From Chloroflexota bacterium (GTDB lineage: Bacteria; Chloroflexota; Dehalococcoidia; Dehalococcoidales; UBA2162), in NCBI GenBank assembly GCA_043804635.1, contig JAZDIU010000085.1, forward strand, positions 3,120 through 67,119: a stretch of DNA of 64,000 nt, read 5' to 3'. The notes under the pieces are model-generated. The model worked only from the letters and a program-made list of their open reading frames with translations, did not search any database and was not told where the DNA came from. Below, piece by piece: positions 9,303 through 19,188 of the stretch; positions within the stretch are counted from its first letter, which is position 1; each line of letters begins with the position of its first letter. The position numbers and the translations under genes are program-made.

Positions 9303-10631
9303 ATGATACAGCCAAACTGGGTTTGGGCAATGGTTGAGATTGTAGTCTTAACCGTGGTGAGCATGATAGGGGTGCATGTTTTTACTGCGATTGGCATTAC
9401 CGCGGCTGTATTCCTCTTACTTTACAAGGGATTCTCTCTGGGCTTGCCCCATATCGGCAGTACTGTTTGGGGCTGGATGTACGACTACTCACTATCGATG
9501 TTACCGCTATTTCTTTTAATGGGAGCCTGGGTTGAGATAGCCGGTCTGGGGAAGGATGCCTACGACGCGGCTATGAGATGGTTAGTTAGATTGAAAGGCG
9601 GCCTGGCTATGGTTTCCATTGCCGCTGTCGGTCTTTTTGGCGCGGTCAGCGGTTCCGGTTTTGCTGCCGTGGCTACCATCGGCGGTATCGGTCTGCCGGA
9701 AATGAGACGCTACGGCTATAGCGCTGCCCTGAGAACTGGAGCAATAGTCTCCGGTGCTATGATTGATAATTTGATTCCGCCCAGTATGTTTATGGTCCTG
9801 TATGGCATATTAACTAACGAGTCTGTAGGTAAAATGTTTATCGCCGGTATTGTTCCCGGTGTCGTTCTGGTAATCCTGATGATGGTAGAAATTTATGTCT
9901 GGGTGAGCTTAAGACCGGCCGACGCTCCGATGCTGCCCCGCGAAGTGCATTTTACTTTTATGGAGAAGCTCAAGGGTAGCGTTACGGTTATTCCCATTGC
10001 CATAATCTTTCTCTTTCTAATCGGTGGCATTTACCTGGAATGGTTCAGTCCCACTGAAGCCGCTGGAATGGGTGCTGTGTCGGTGTTGATTGTTGCCTTG
10101 GTACTAAGGCGGATGTCCTGGCAAAATTTCAATAACGGTTTGGTCAACTCGGCGAAAACAACCTCGATGTTACTTATTCAGGTTGCCGGAGCGTTTATCT
10201 TCTCCGAGACAATAGCTGAGACCAGGCTCGCTGACATTATAGCCAACTGGATGATTGCTGCGAACTTAAGCTACATCCCTTTAAGCTACTTTTTCATCAT
10301 CTTCATGATCATTATCGGCATTCCTCTCGAAGGGGTAGTTATGCTGATTTTATTCATCGTCCCCATCTTTTACCCGATATTACAGAAGATTGGGCCGCCT
10401 ATGCCCGGTATCTGGCTGGGCATAATGAGCGTTATCGTAACATCACTGGCTGCGGTGTCACCGCCGATAGCGGCTACTCTCTATCTTGCCCAGATGATTG
10501 ACGGAAAGTGCTCAACGGCTGAGGTTATCAAAGGGTCTCTACCTTTTTACCTGGTAACCCTTTCCTTGCTAGTACTATTGATTCATTTCCCCTGGTTGGC
10601 TACCTGGCTGCCCGACAAAATGCTTGGGTGA
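9303..10631 (+). CDS. dctM: TRAP large permease
   Basis: PLFLLMG, FGAVSGS, PEMRRYGY, LIPPS, FSPTEAA, SPP motifs. Confidence 0.93.
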   Translation: MIQPNWVWAMVEIVVLTVVSMIGVHVFTAIGITAAVFLLLYKGFSLGLPHIGSTVWGWMYDYSLSMLPLFLLMGAWVEIAGLGKDAYDAAMRWLVRLKGGLAMVSIAAVGLFGAVSGSGFAAVATIGGIGLPEMRRYGYSAALRTGAIVSGAMIDNLIPPSMFMVLYGILTNESVGKMFIAGIVPGVVLVILMMVEIYVWVSLRPADAPMLPREVHFTFMEKLKGSVTVIPIAIIFLFLIGGIYLEWFSPTEAAGMGAVSVLIVALVLRRMSWQNFNNGLVNSAKTTSMLLIQVAGAFIFSETIAETRLADIIANWMIAANLSYIPLSYFFIIFMIIIGIPLEGVVMLILFIVPIFYPILQKIGPPMPGIWLGIMSVIVTSLAAVSPPIAATLYLAQMIDGKCSTAEVIKGSLPFYLVTLSLLVLLIHFPWLATWLPDKMLG

Positions 10632-10632
10632 G

Positions 10633-10959
10633 TCAGTGGGGTGCCCAGAGTACCATCTTTCGGTTTTTCTTCATAGATTCGGTAAGCTCCTGAATAGTCC
10701 CGAACTTCATCGTACTCGTCCAGCAGCTTTGCACACAGGCCGGCTGGCGGCCCTTGCTAACGCGCTTACCGCATAGATTGCAGTTATCGGTAGGAAAGGG
10801 GATAAAGTATATTTTGCCGCCTGATTTTTCCGGCTCTATTTCATTAACCGTCATCCCCCACTCCTCTTCGGGACGGTTGTGTTCCCGTTTACAAGCTATC
10901 TCACAGGCATGGCAGCCGGTGCAGAACCCATAATCTATCAACAATCCGTATTTAGCCAT
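10633..10959 (-). CDS. 4Fe-4S small subunit of molybdopterin oxidoreductase
   Basis: GLLIDYGFCTGCHACEIACK, CNLC, PACVQSC. Confidence 0.88.
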   Translation of the reverse strand: MAKYGLLIDYGFCTGCHACEIACKREHNRPEEEWGMTVNEIEPEKSGGKIYFIPFPTDNCNLCGKRVSKGRQPACVQSCWTSTMKFGTIQELTESMKKNRKMVLWAPH

Positions 10960-13176
10960 TTAATTTCCCTCCACCTTGTATATCCGGCACATCTGGGTTT
11001 TAAAGGGATATCCCATACCGATTTTGCCCGTCCATCCCGAGGCAAGCAAAATATTTATATTCGATTCCCAGACTCCGAACAGACTGGGTTCCGGCCCAGG
11101 TTTCTCCGGGAACCACCACCCGTGCTGAGCATTGACTACTTTAGGGTGAATTCCTTCGCTCAACTTCGCTCGCTGCTTACATCTTCCGTACTTGTTTTCG
11201 ATATACACCCAGTCGCCGTCTTTTATGCCCAATTTTCCCGCTGTTTCCGGATGGACTTCAATCAATGGGTCGGGGTTGACTTTACGCAGGCTGGGGATTT
11301 GCCGGTGTTCAGAATGGAAAAATACGGCAGTTCTGGCTCCCGTAGTAAGAATCAGCGGATATTCTTTCGCTAGCTCCGGTGTGCTCACAGGACTTTCCGG
11401 AGGCTCTTCGAAGCCCGGGAGCGGGTCGGCGCCGCATTTCTCGAGTACTTTGGAATATAGCTCTATCTTGCCGGTGGCGGTGTTGAAACCCGGCTGCTTA
11501 TCCGGGCGGAGCAATCCTTTTTCATACTTTTTATATTCGAAGAACCCGAATTGATGACCTTTGTCCCTGAGCTCTTCGAAGGTTACTCCGGCCGGTTTAA
11601 GCATTGAACTGAACATCTCCCGGACATCCTTCCAGGGCCAGGCTTCCGGATTAAGCTTTTTACCCATTTCGAGATTGATTTGCATATCGGATTTGCACTC
11701 GCCGACCGGCTCTATGGCTTTGTTGATGGCTCCGAGCAGAGTTACCTGCCCCACCGGAATGTAGACTCCATCTCTTTCTGCATAAGTAGCCGCCGGCAGG
11801 ATGATGTCGCCGAACGCCATCGCCGAAGGCGTCATAAACAGGTCTACTACTACATTGAACTCCAGCTTTTTAAAAGCCTGGTAGACTTTTCTGACATCGG
11901 CCGTCCCGCAGGCGAAGGTATTGGTGCCCTGCATCCAAGACGCCTTTAGGGGATAAGGCGAGTCCGATAAAATCTGGTTTATCAGTTCTTCGCCGGAGAT
12001 TCTTTCCGCCCAGTCCATAAAGGGGTATTTACCCTGACCAATTCTCGGTGCTTTAATTGCCGGCGGGGGTGGAGGTGATGCATTCTTGCCAAAAAGTTTT
12101 CCCCTGATGATATTTCCCCCCGGAACGTCCATATTGCCGGTAATCGACCACAGCGCGATTATGGCGTGAAGGCTATTCATACATTCTTTACTTTGGTCGA
12201 GGGCGACTCCCCACTGTATTGCCGCCGGTTTGCTGGCAGCATACATCCGGGCAGCGGCGATTATTTGCTCTTCGGGTATCCATGTTATTTGTGCCGCCTT
12301 CTCCGGCGGGTATTCTTGGGCTCGCTTCTTTAGCTCATCGAACCCATACGTCCATTTCCGGACAAACTCTTCGTCATAGAGGTTTTCATTGATAATCACA
12401 TTCAGCATCGCCAGAGCTAAGGCGGAATCAGTTCCCGGACGAATTTGCAGCCACATCTCGGCACGCGATGCCGACCACGTCCTCCGGGGGTCGATGACGA
12501 TAAGTTTCGAACCACGCCTCATACAATCTAAAATCCAGTGTCCGAGAAATCCGTCCGGGCTGGTGGGCATCGGTTCATTGCCCCAGAGTACGATACATTT
12601 CGGCACTTTCCATTGCGGGTGCTCGTAGCGTTCCGGGTATGATTGAGCACAGTCGGCAACCGCAAAATCCCCGAATATAGCCTTTTGTGAGGCTACTTTG
12701 GGGAAATAGCAGGCATTTCCGTGAAGAGGCCCGAAGCCGGGGTGGTTGGGACTACCGAAGCTGGCAGCCAGCATACCGGAATAGGCGACGGTATCTCTCC
12801 CTGTGCCGTGACAAAAAACGACCGATTCGGGGCCGAAATTTTTCTTGAGCTCATTGAATTTACCGGCAATCGTGTCGTAAGCTTGCTCCCAGGTAATGCG
12901 TTCCCATTTGCCCTCGCCCCGCTCCCCAGCCCTTTTTAAGGGATACTTAAGACGGTCGGGATGATAAATATATTCTGGAAGTGCTTGGCATCGTGGGCAC
13001 AGCCGCCCCCGGCTCAACGGAAAATCCGGGTCGCCTTCGACTTTGACCAGCTTTCCATCTTTAACATACAGCAGCACCCCACACCCCTCGTGGCAACCCG
13101 GAGCGGTCCGGGCAATACTCCGGACTACGGTCATACCATCCTCTTTCCACTGCCATTGTCTTTTTTCCGTACTCAT
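10960..13176 (-). CDS. Mo/W-bisPGD (DMSO reductase family) oxidoreductase catalytic subunit, acetylene hydratase/catechol dehydroxylase-like; no Tat signal
   Basis: PGCHEGCG, GRLCPR, HPDRLKYPLKRAGERGEGKWERITW, VIDPR, FHSEHRQ, HGWWFPE. Start taken at the ATG at 13176 after GGAGGTG. Confidence 0.9.
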   Translation of the reverse strand: MSTEKRQWQWKEDGMTVVRSIARTAPGCHEGCGVLLYVKDGKLVKVEGDPDFPLSRGRLCPRCQALPEYIYHPDRLKYPLKRAGERGEGKWERITWEQAYDTIAGKFNELKKNFGPESVVFCHGTGRDTVAYSGMLAASFGSPNHPGFGPLHGNACYFPKVASQKAIFGDFAVADCAQSYPERYEHPQWKVPKCIVLWGNEPMPTSPDGFLGHWILDCMRRGSKLIVIDPRRTWSASRAEMWLQIRPGTDSALALAMLNVIINENLYDEEFVRKWTYGFDELKKRAQEYPPEKAAQITWIPEEQIIAAARMYAASKPAAIQWGVALDQSKECMNSLHAIIALWSITGNMDVPGGNIIRGKLFGKNASPPPPPAIKAPRIGQGKYPFMDWAERISGEELINQILSDSPYPLKASWMQGTNTFACGTADVRKVYQAFKKLEFNVVVDLFMTPSAMAFGDIILPAATYAERDGVYIPVGQVTLLGAINKAIEPVGECKSDMQINLEMGKKLNPEAWPWKDVREMFSSMLKPAGVTFEELRDKGHQFGFFEYKKYEKGLLRPDKQPGFNTATGKIELYSKVLEKCGADPLPGFEEPPESPVSTPELAKEYPLILTTGARTAVFFHSEHRQIPSLRKVNPDPLIEVHPETAGKLGIKDGDWVYIENKYGRCKQRAKLSEGIHPKVVNAQHGWWFPEKPGPEPSLFGVWESNINILLASGWTGKIGMGYPFKTQMCRIYKVEGN

Positions 13177-13356
13177 TTTGCACCTCCCTTGGTAACTACG
13201 AGCAGCTATACCGAGCCAGGTTACGACCAACCAAATAATACGACTTTCAAATCGCTACTGCAAGGGTTTGTGTCTCGCTTGTAACAAAAAACCATCAGCC
13301 CCGTTTTAATTTATAAATGCCACCTGCTTGGCAGGGAAAATTTCAAAGGAGGATAA

Positions 13357-14421
13357 ATGAAAATTAAAAAATTCTCGGTGGTCTTAGCACTGGCTGGCAT
13401 GCTGGCACTGGGTGGAATCGGGGTTCTTGCCCAGAACGCGCTTGCTGCTAAAGTAGAAGGCGTTGTCGATGAAGTCACGGATACTCAGATTAAAATCGAG
13501 GGTATTACCATACTCACCGACAATAACACCAAAATCGAAGGATCGATAACTCCCGGGATGACGGTTAGGGTAAAAACCACCACTCAGAATGGTTCCCCGC
13601 TGGCAGTCAGCATTCAAACCCAAAACCGGCAGATGGTAAAGATTGTGGGTATTGTCGATAACATCACCGGTAACCAGATTAGTGTTAAGGGTCGGACGGT
13701 ATATACCGATAATAAGACCATAGTTCACGGGACGCTGGTTGTGGGTGCCTATGTTGAGATTAAGGCGATGAAACAAGCTGATGGTTCGCTGCTGGCTTTT
13801 CAGATTAAAGTTGTGGAAAAGAATATTCGGAAGCACGTTACTATAACCGGGACAACAACTAACCTGACCGAAACCAGCATCACAGTCAATCGTAAGACGA
13901 TTCAGATTAACGACCAGACTAAAATCCATGGGACCCTGGCTATCGGGGCTAAAGTAAGAGTCCTGGCGGTAGTTATCCCAAATTCCACTCAATCGAACGA
14001 ATACCGATTATTAGCTCTAAAAATACAAGTGGTCAATTCTTTAGGGAAAGAAGTCGATGAGGATGATGACGACGAAGATGAAGACAACGCCAATGAGGTG
14101 CGTTTACAAAATAAAGAATCCACCGCTGCCCGTTTACGCTCGCTTGTTCAAGCGAAAAAGGTAATTCCAGCCGTACGAGCAACTCCGGCAAAGCCAGCTA
14201 TTCAGGGAAAACCGGCAACACCAGCGACTCCCGCCACTTCCGCTACCCCTGCAGTAACCGGTAAGCAGGTCTTCAGTGCTAGTTGCATCAGTTGCCACAC
14301 GGGTGCTCCGAATACCACCCGCACCCAGGCACAGTTAGTCGATTTTATTTCGGGTCACAATACAGGTCGGAACTTGACTCCGGAGCAGGTAGCGGCATTA
14401 GCTGCCTGGATTAAACCATAG
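13357..14421 (+). CDS. Secreted protein with three DUF5666-like repeats and a C-terminal monoheme cytochrome c domain
   Basis: Signal peptide, three (G.V..I...I.V.G..I.T...T.I.G.L..G..V.V) repeats, acidic run, Pro/Ala/Thr linker, GKQVFSASCISCH. Confidence 0.75.
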   Translation: MKIKKFSVVLALAGMLALGGIGVLAQNALAAKVEGVVDEVTDTQIKIEGITILTDNNTKIEGSITPGMTVRVKTTTQNGSPLAVSIQTQNRQMVKIVGIVDNITGNQISVKGRTVYTDNKTIVHGTLVVGAYVEIKAMKQADGSLLAFQIKVVEKNIRKHVTITGTTTNLTETSITVNRKTIQINDQTKIHGTLAIGAKVRVLAVVIPNSTQSNEYRLLALKIQVVNSLGKEVDEDDDDEDEDNANEVRLQNKESTAARLRSLVQAKKVIPAVRATPAKPAIQGKPATPATPATSATPAVTGKQVFSASCISCHTGAPNTTRTQAQLVDFISGHNTGRNLTPEQVAALAAWIKP

Positions 14422-14434
14422 CTAACTTTAGTAC

Positions 14435-14479
14435 AGAGGAAAGAGGGTCCTGCTCTCTTCTCCCTCTTTCCTCTTTTTA
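14435..14479 (+). terminator. Intrinsic terminator
   Basis: AGAGGAAAGAGGG...CCCTCTTTCCTCT followed by a T run. Confidence 0.7.
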
Positions 14480-14501
14480 TTAACACGCGAGGAGGAACGC
14501 A

Positions 14502-14657
14502 ATGCAGAACATAAGACATCTTTTAGAACCGGGACGAAATCTTCTGGACTGGTGGTTCGATTTATTAGAAGACGCTATTTCAATACTGGCGGCACTTGTC
14601 GAACACGATAACCGCTTCGACTTAGAGCCTGAGCGAATCGATCCTGATTTAGGCTGA
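14502..14657 (+). CDS. Small hypothetical protein (51 aa)
   Basis: Below the ORF-track cutoff. RBS GAGGAGG, MQNIRHLLEPGRNLLDWWFDLLEDAISILAALVEHDNRFDLEPERIDPDLG. Followed by a hairpin at about 14683-14717. Confidence 0.45.
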   Translation: MQNIRHLLEPGRNLLDWWFDLLEDAISILAALVEHDNRFDLEPERIDPDLG

Positions 14658-14744
14658 ACTGAGCTAAATGACACAAACTTCCTAGCTTGCCCCCGATTTT
14701 TCCGGGGGCAAGCTATTGGGGTTATCGGATTCAAGTCCTAACTT

Positions 14745-15401
14745 CTATGGGCTCAGGCTGAACGGCGGATAGCGGTCGGTAATCAGTAATAAAGCGTAGG
14801 CTTCCACCCGTAATCCCCACCGCATCCATCCGACGATAAAGTCGAACATCGCACGCGGGTAGCGCCCGGTAAATAGAATGGCAAACCAGGCAATTACCCA
14901 GACTACGAGAACAGCTATCGCCAGGACAGCTAGGACGATGATGTGGGGGATGGCCAGCAACCATTTGATAAGCGGCAGCCAGCGATTGAGGGACTTAACA
15001 TCCGGATAAGGAAAATCGATATGAACTGTTTGCTCTTCGTCTGTAGAAGGATATTCATCCCGCAAAAGCAGAAGGTAAGCTCCAACCCGGTTACTGAATT
15101 TTGTTAGAGCTAAGTTCCAGTCATACCACCAGCGGGGATATTTCTGGCGGAAGAGAATCATCAATACGAGCGGTAGAAACGTGATGCCTATACCACCGAG
15201 GTCGACTGACCGCCGCATGCTCTCACGGGCGCCTTCGTTCCAACCTGAACCGCTATTGCTACCTATAAGGAGCGCCAGGATAATCATAATCGGGATTATC
15301 GTGAAGATGCGGAAGAAGCTGGTCAGCCGGTTCAGGTTACGGTCGGGAAATTCAACAGAAAGACTCGCGGGATAAGGTGTTGCCACGGATGGTTGTGCCA
15401 T
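14745..15401 (-). CDS. DUF4389 membrane protein (two repeats)
   Basis: ILFRQKYPRWWYDW...LLRDEYP and ILFTGRYPRAMFDF...TDRYPPFSL. Confidence 0.85.
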   Translation of the reverse strand: MAQPSVATPYPASLSVEFPDRNLNRLTSFFRIFTIIPIMIILALLIGSNSGSGWNEGARESMRRSVDLGGIGITFLPLVLMILFRQKYPRWWYDWNLALTKFSNRVGAYLLLLRDEYPSTDEEQTVHIDFPYPDVKSLNRWLPLIKWLLAIPHIIVLAVLAIAVLVVWVIAWFAILFTGRYPRAMFDFIVGWMRWGLRVEAYALLLITDRYPPFSLSP

Positions 15402-15523
15402 TCGCCACCTCCTTCAGCCAGATTATCTAGCTTATTAAATTGATAATAACATATAGGAAGGCTTTGTCAATACGTAGCCATTCCTAAGCTCACTCTATGT
15501 GCTACTTATATGTCCGGTGAAAT

Positions 15524-16060
15524 TTACCCCATTCCGAATCCCTTGGAGGCTGCGGCAGAAATGTTATATAAGCTATGAAGAATCATAGCAGTAAAGAAGA
15601 AGCGCTTCCCATAAGAGAGGAATCTGGTTTCACCCATTACCGAGGATAAAAGTTTCTGATTAATGCCCAGCCCAAAGATGAAACTGCAAACAGCGTGGAC
15701 CCCGACATTGACGGTATAGCGCCACAAAATGATTTGAGGGCTTGGGTCGCTGATATAAATGTTCAGATAAACGAGATTTTCGATAAGTGCAAAGGCGATG
15801 CCGCCGAGTGCGGCTAGAAATGCAGCATAGAATCGGTTTCGAAGGGCTTGAGGCCACTTTGCCAGAAGGAGATACACTCCGGCGGGTTTCAGGATTTCCT
15901 CGATTATGGGTGCTCCGACAAATGCTACCAAAACGGAGCCGTGGAGTATTTCATTATAGAAAGCGCCGAGTATGCCGAAAACGCCACCCGTTAACGCCAA
16001 CGCGGGCGCCAAGATGTGCCATTTAGCCGGGGCTCTTATAGGTCCGACATTCTGTTCCAT
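15524..16060 (-). CDS. PrsW-family intramembrane glutamic protease
   Basis: APIIEEILK, FALIEN, H, HSLYN motifs. Confidence 0.82.
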   Translation of the reverse strand: MEQNVGPIRAPAKWHILAPALALTGGVFGILGAFYNEILHGSVLVAFVGAPIIEEILKPAGVYLLLAKWPQALRNRFYAAFLAALGGIAFALIENLVYLNIYISDPSPQIILWRYTVNVGVHAVCSFIFGLGINQKLLSSVMGETRFLSYGKRFFFTAMILHSLYNISAAASKGFGMG

Positions 16061-16071
16061 TTTATTGAGTA

Positions 16072-16374
16072 TTATGATTCTGTAGTGAAAGGAGGATACT
16101 CATCTCTCATAAAACTCAAGTACACTGTGACGCGGTTCTGCCATCGCATATAACCTTGAACGAAATCGAATAAGCCGCGCGGGTATTTACCGGTGAAGAG
16201 AATGATAAAGAAGCTGACAAAAACGACCACAGCCACAGCGATGCCATATAGCCAAAGAATGATGCCGTGGGGAATACCGACGTATGCCCATCCCAGAAGT
16301 AATTTGAGAATTGCCAAACCTCGGGAGAGCTTTTCCGGATACTCGATAATGATGTCTGCCGGATATTTTGCCAT
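16072..16374 (-). CDS. DUF4389 membrane protein (single repeat)
   Basis: LSRGL...IPH...ILFTGKYPRGLFDF...RDEYPPF. Confidence 0.85.
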   Translation of the reverse strand: MAKYPADIIIEYPEKLSRGLAILKLLLGWAYVGIPHGIILWLYGIAVAVVVFVSFFIILFTGKYPRGLFDFVQGYMRWQNRVTVYLSFMRDEYPPFTTES

Positions 16375-16405
16375 ATTTCACCTCCTCAAATTTTAGACTG
16401 CTATG

Positions 16406-16624
16406 CTAATTTCTTCGTTTTTTAGATGCCCGTTCCCAGACCAGAAGCAATAAGAGAAAAATCCCGGCAACAAGATTTAGCCAGGATAGTGGATAAAAGA
16501 CGGTGCCGCGGACAATAAATAGGTGGGTGCTTTGTAAGGTATCGCCGTAAATTCTGAGCACGGCGAAGTTGCCGATTAAGATTAAGCCGCAAATCCAGAG
16601 TAGCCAGCGAAATTTACTCAACAT
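16406..16624 (-). CDS. Small two-TM hypothetical protein
   Basis: Two hydrophobic segments and a basic tail. GGAG RBS; collinear with neighbours. Confidence 0.6.
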   Translation of the reverse strand: MLSKFRWLLWICGLILIGNFAVLRIYGDTLQSTHLFIVRGTVFYPLSWLNLVAGIFLLLLLVWERASKKRRN

Positions 16625-16740
16625 TTTGGACTCCGAACTCAGCTTATTTTAGAGTAATTACTGAGAGAAAACAAGGCTTTGCAAAGGGTGGAGGTTGTGT
16701 TAATATTAATCGGTAAAAATAATCCTTGGGAGGTATAAAA

Positions 16741-17937
16741 ATGCCTTATTTTTTAAGTCCAAAAATATTGTTCGGAAAGGGTATATTGAGAAGGCTTGGT
16801 CCGGAACTTCAGGGAAAAGGGACCAAAGCGATGATTATCACCGATAAGGTGATGGCAAAGTTCACCGATAAATTAGTCGAAGTTGTAAAAGCCGCTGGGT
16901 ATGAGGTAAAGGTCTGGGATGGGGCTGAGCCGGAACCATCGGTCGAAGTAACGCGTGCTGGGGGTAAAGCTCTGCTTGAATTCGGACCGCAGTGGGTCAT
17001 TGGATTTGGCGGTGGTTCGGCGATAGATACCGCTAAGGCAGCCTGGCTTCTCTATGAAAGGCCGGACTTAGCTAATACCGAGCTGGATAAAACTGCTGGC
17101 CCCAGAAATGTGCTGAACTTGCGCAAAAAAGCTAAATTCGTAGCAGTCCCGACGACTAGTGGTACTGGTTCTGACGTAACGTGGGCAATAGTGCTTACGG
17201 ATACGGCGGCACACCGGAAGATAGGGTTTGCTAATAATGAGATAGTCCCTGATATTGCTTTGCTTGACCCGGAGTTTACTCTAGGTATGCCCAGGGGATT
17301 GACGGCGAGTACGGGTATGGATGTGCTGGGACATGCTCTTGATGGATACACTGCTATGCAGGCAAAAGATTTCAGTGATGGACTTTGCTTGCAAGCCGCC
17401 AAGATGACTTTCGAATGGTTACCAAAAGCCTGTAAGGATGGAGCAAACCTCGATGCTAGGGAGAAAATGCAGAATGCAGCGACTATTGCCGGATTGGGAT
17501 TCGGTAACAGCAATACCGCTCTTTCTCATGCCCTGGGACACTCCGCCGGAGCCACTTTCAAGATTCCTCACGGTCGGGCGATAGGAATCGCTCTATCTTA
17601 TTCATTGGAATATATTTCTTCTAATCCGCCTCTTCCCAACGCGCCTAACCCGGTTGAGAGACTCAGTGCTGTTGCCAGATTCGTTGGAATCGATGCTAAA
17701 TCTGCCCCGGAGGCGATAAAAGCGCTTATCCGTAAAGTCAGAGAGCTTGAGAAGGAAGTGGGTGAGCCGCTAAGCTTAAAGGAAGCCGGTGTCAGCGAGC
17801 AACAGATAAACGAGTCTATAGATACCTTGGTCCGCGTGGCAATGGCCGATGTTAATATGTATTCTTCACCGTGCGAATGCAAAGATGAAAAACTAAAACA
17901 GCTTTTTAAGGATATTTGGGCTGGCAAGGGACTTTAA
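16741..17937 (+). CDS. Iron-containing alcohol dehydrogenase
   Basis: GFGGGSAIDTAK, VPTTSGTGSD, D..GH, SHALGH, PHG. Start at the ATG at 16741 after GGAGG. Confidence 0.93.
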   Translation: MPYFLSPKILFGKGILRRLGPELQGKGTKAMIITDKVMAKFTDKLVEVVKAAGYEVKVWDGAEPEPSVEVTRAGGKALLEFGPQWVIGFGGGSAIDTAKAAWLLYERPDLANTELDKTAGPRNVLNLRKKAKFVAVPTTSGTGSDVTWAIVLTDTAAHRKIGFANNEIVPDIALLDPEFTLGMPRGLTASTGMDVLGHALDGYTAMQAKDFSDGLCLQAAKMTFEWLPKACKDGANLDAREKMQNAATIAGLGFGNSNTALSHALGHSAGATFKIPHGRAIGIALSYSLEYISSNPPLPNAPNPVERLSAVARFVGIDAKSAPEAIKALIRKVRELEKEVGEPLSLKEAGVSEQQINESIDTLVRVAMADVNMYSSPCECKDEKLKQLFKDIWAGKGL

Positions 17938-17951
17938 GAAAGGAGAGAACA

Positions 17952-19115
17952 ATGAAAGCGGGAGTATATTACGGGGCAAGGGATATAAGATTCGAGGAAA
18001 TCGAAGACCTAAAGGCGGGACCCGACGATATTTTAGTCAAAGTCAAATCATCGGGAATCTGCGGCTCCGACCTGCATGCTTACAGGGAAGGCGTGTTCAG
18101 CCGGCCGGGCTGGGTAATGGGTCACGAGTTCGCTGGAGAAGTGGTCACGGTGGGGGCGAACGTCAAGAATATAAAGAAGGGCGACCGTGTTATTCCTTAT
18201 GACGTACACCGGAGAACCGGTGTTAAAGGATGTGGGAAATGCTTTTGGTGCCTGAGAGGAGAACCTAGATACTGCGAAGAGACTAAGTCCAGGCAGCCTT
18301 GCGGTAAGTGCGAATACTGCGTTGCCGGCCAGTTCTATCTTTGCCGGGAGATTCGTCGCTTCCAGGGCATCGGGTATAGCCGGAACGGCGGTTATGCTGA
18401 ATATGTGGCGGTTTATAATGCGTCTCTCAATAACAACGTTTTTAAGGTACCGGATAATATGAGCTATGACGAAGGGGCGATCGTCGAGCCGTTGATAGGT
18501 TCCATTCGATGGGTAGCTCAAACCGAGCCTCAGTCTCGGGATACGGCTGTAGTCTTGGGGTTGGGCACGATTGGGTTGCTGGTGATGCAAGTGCTCAAGC
18601 AACTGGTATCGAAAGTAATTGTATCTGAGGTCTCACAGAAACGCTTGCAGGTAGCCCGGGAACTCGGAGCGGACCTCATCATCGACGCCAGTAAGGAAGA
18701 CCCGGTGCAGAAGGTGGTGGAGGTGACCGGTGTAGGGCGGAGTGGGACGGGGAGGGGCGGAGCGCGGGCTGATATCATTATGGAGTGTTCTGGGGCAGGG
18801 ATTGCCTTCCAGCAATCTCTGGAGATGGCGCGGGCGGGCGGCAAAATAAATCTGGTAGGGCTCTTCGAAAAGCCGGTGAGCATCGACCCCAACCGGATAA
18901 TTTTTAAGGACCTTAAACTGATAAGCTCACAGGGCAGCTTTGCCGGTAATCTAAAAGGAAACCCGGTCCTCCAGGCAATCGATATGATTGCGAGCGGAAA
19001 AGTCAAAGCCAAGCCATTAATCAGTCATGAGTTTCCTCTAGAAAAAATAAAAGAGGCTTTTGAGGTCCAGTCGAGGGCAGCAGAATCGGTCAAGGTACTA
19101 GTCAAGCCGAAGTAA
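17952..19115 (+). CDS. Zinc-binding (MDR) dehydrogenase with a duplicated structural-Zn motif
   Basis: GICGSDLH, GHEFAG, GLGTIG, and two CGKCxxC-x7-C motifs. Confidence 0.9.
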   Translation: MKAGVYYGARDIRFEEIEDLKAGPDDILVKVKSSGICGSDLHAYREGVFSRPGWVMGHEFAGEVVTVGANVKNIKKGDRVIPYDVHRRTGVKGCGKCFWCLRGEPRYCEETKSRQPCGKCEYCVAGQFYLCREIRRFQGIGYSRNGGYAEYVAVYNASLNNNVFKVPDNMSYDEGAIVEPLIGSIRWVAQTEPQSRDTAVVLGLGTIGLLVMQVLKQLVSKVIVSEVSQKRLQVARELGADLIIDASKEDPVQKVVEVTGVGRSGTGRGGARADIIMECSGAGIAFQQSLEMARAGGKINLVGLFEKPVSIDPNRIIFKDLKLISSQGSFAGNLKGNPVLQAIDMIASGKVKAKPLISHEFPLEKIKEAFEVQSRAAESVKVLVKPK

Positions 19116-19188
19116 ATTTGGTAAACTAATCAATGGCTTTTAAATAGAAATCTCAGTGGAACTGGGAAATAAATAATCTGGAGGTGAA

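Noticed and set aside
8565-10635. Selenocysteine read-through at the TGA stops of dctP2, dctM or the ferredoxin
   Set aside because: The proteins are already full length at these stops, dctP2 has TGA-TAG, and I saw no SECIS-like hairpin at the right spacing.
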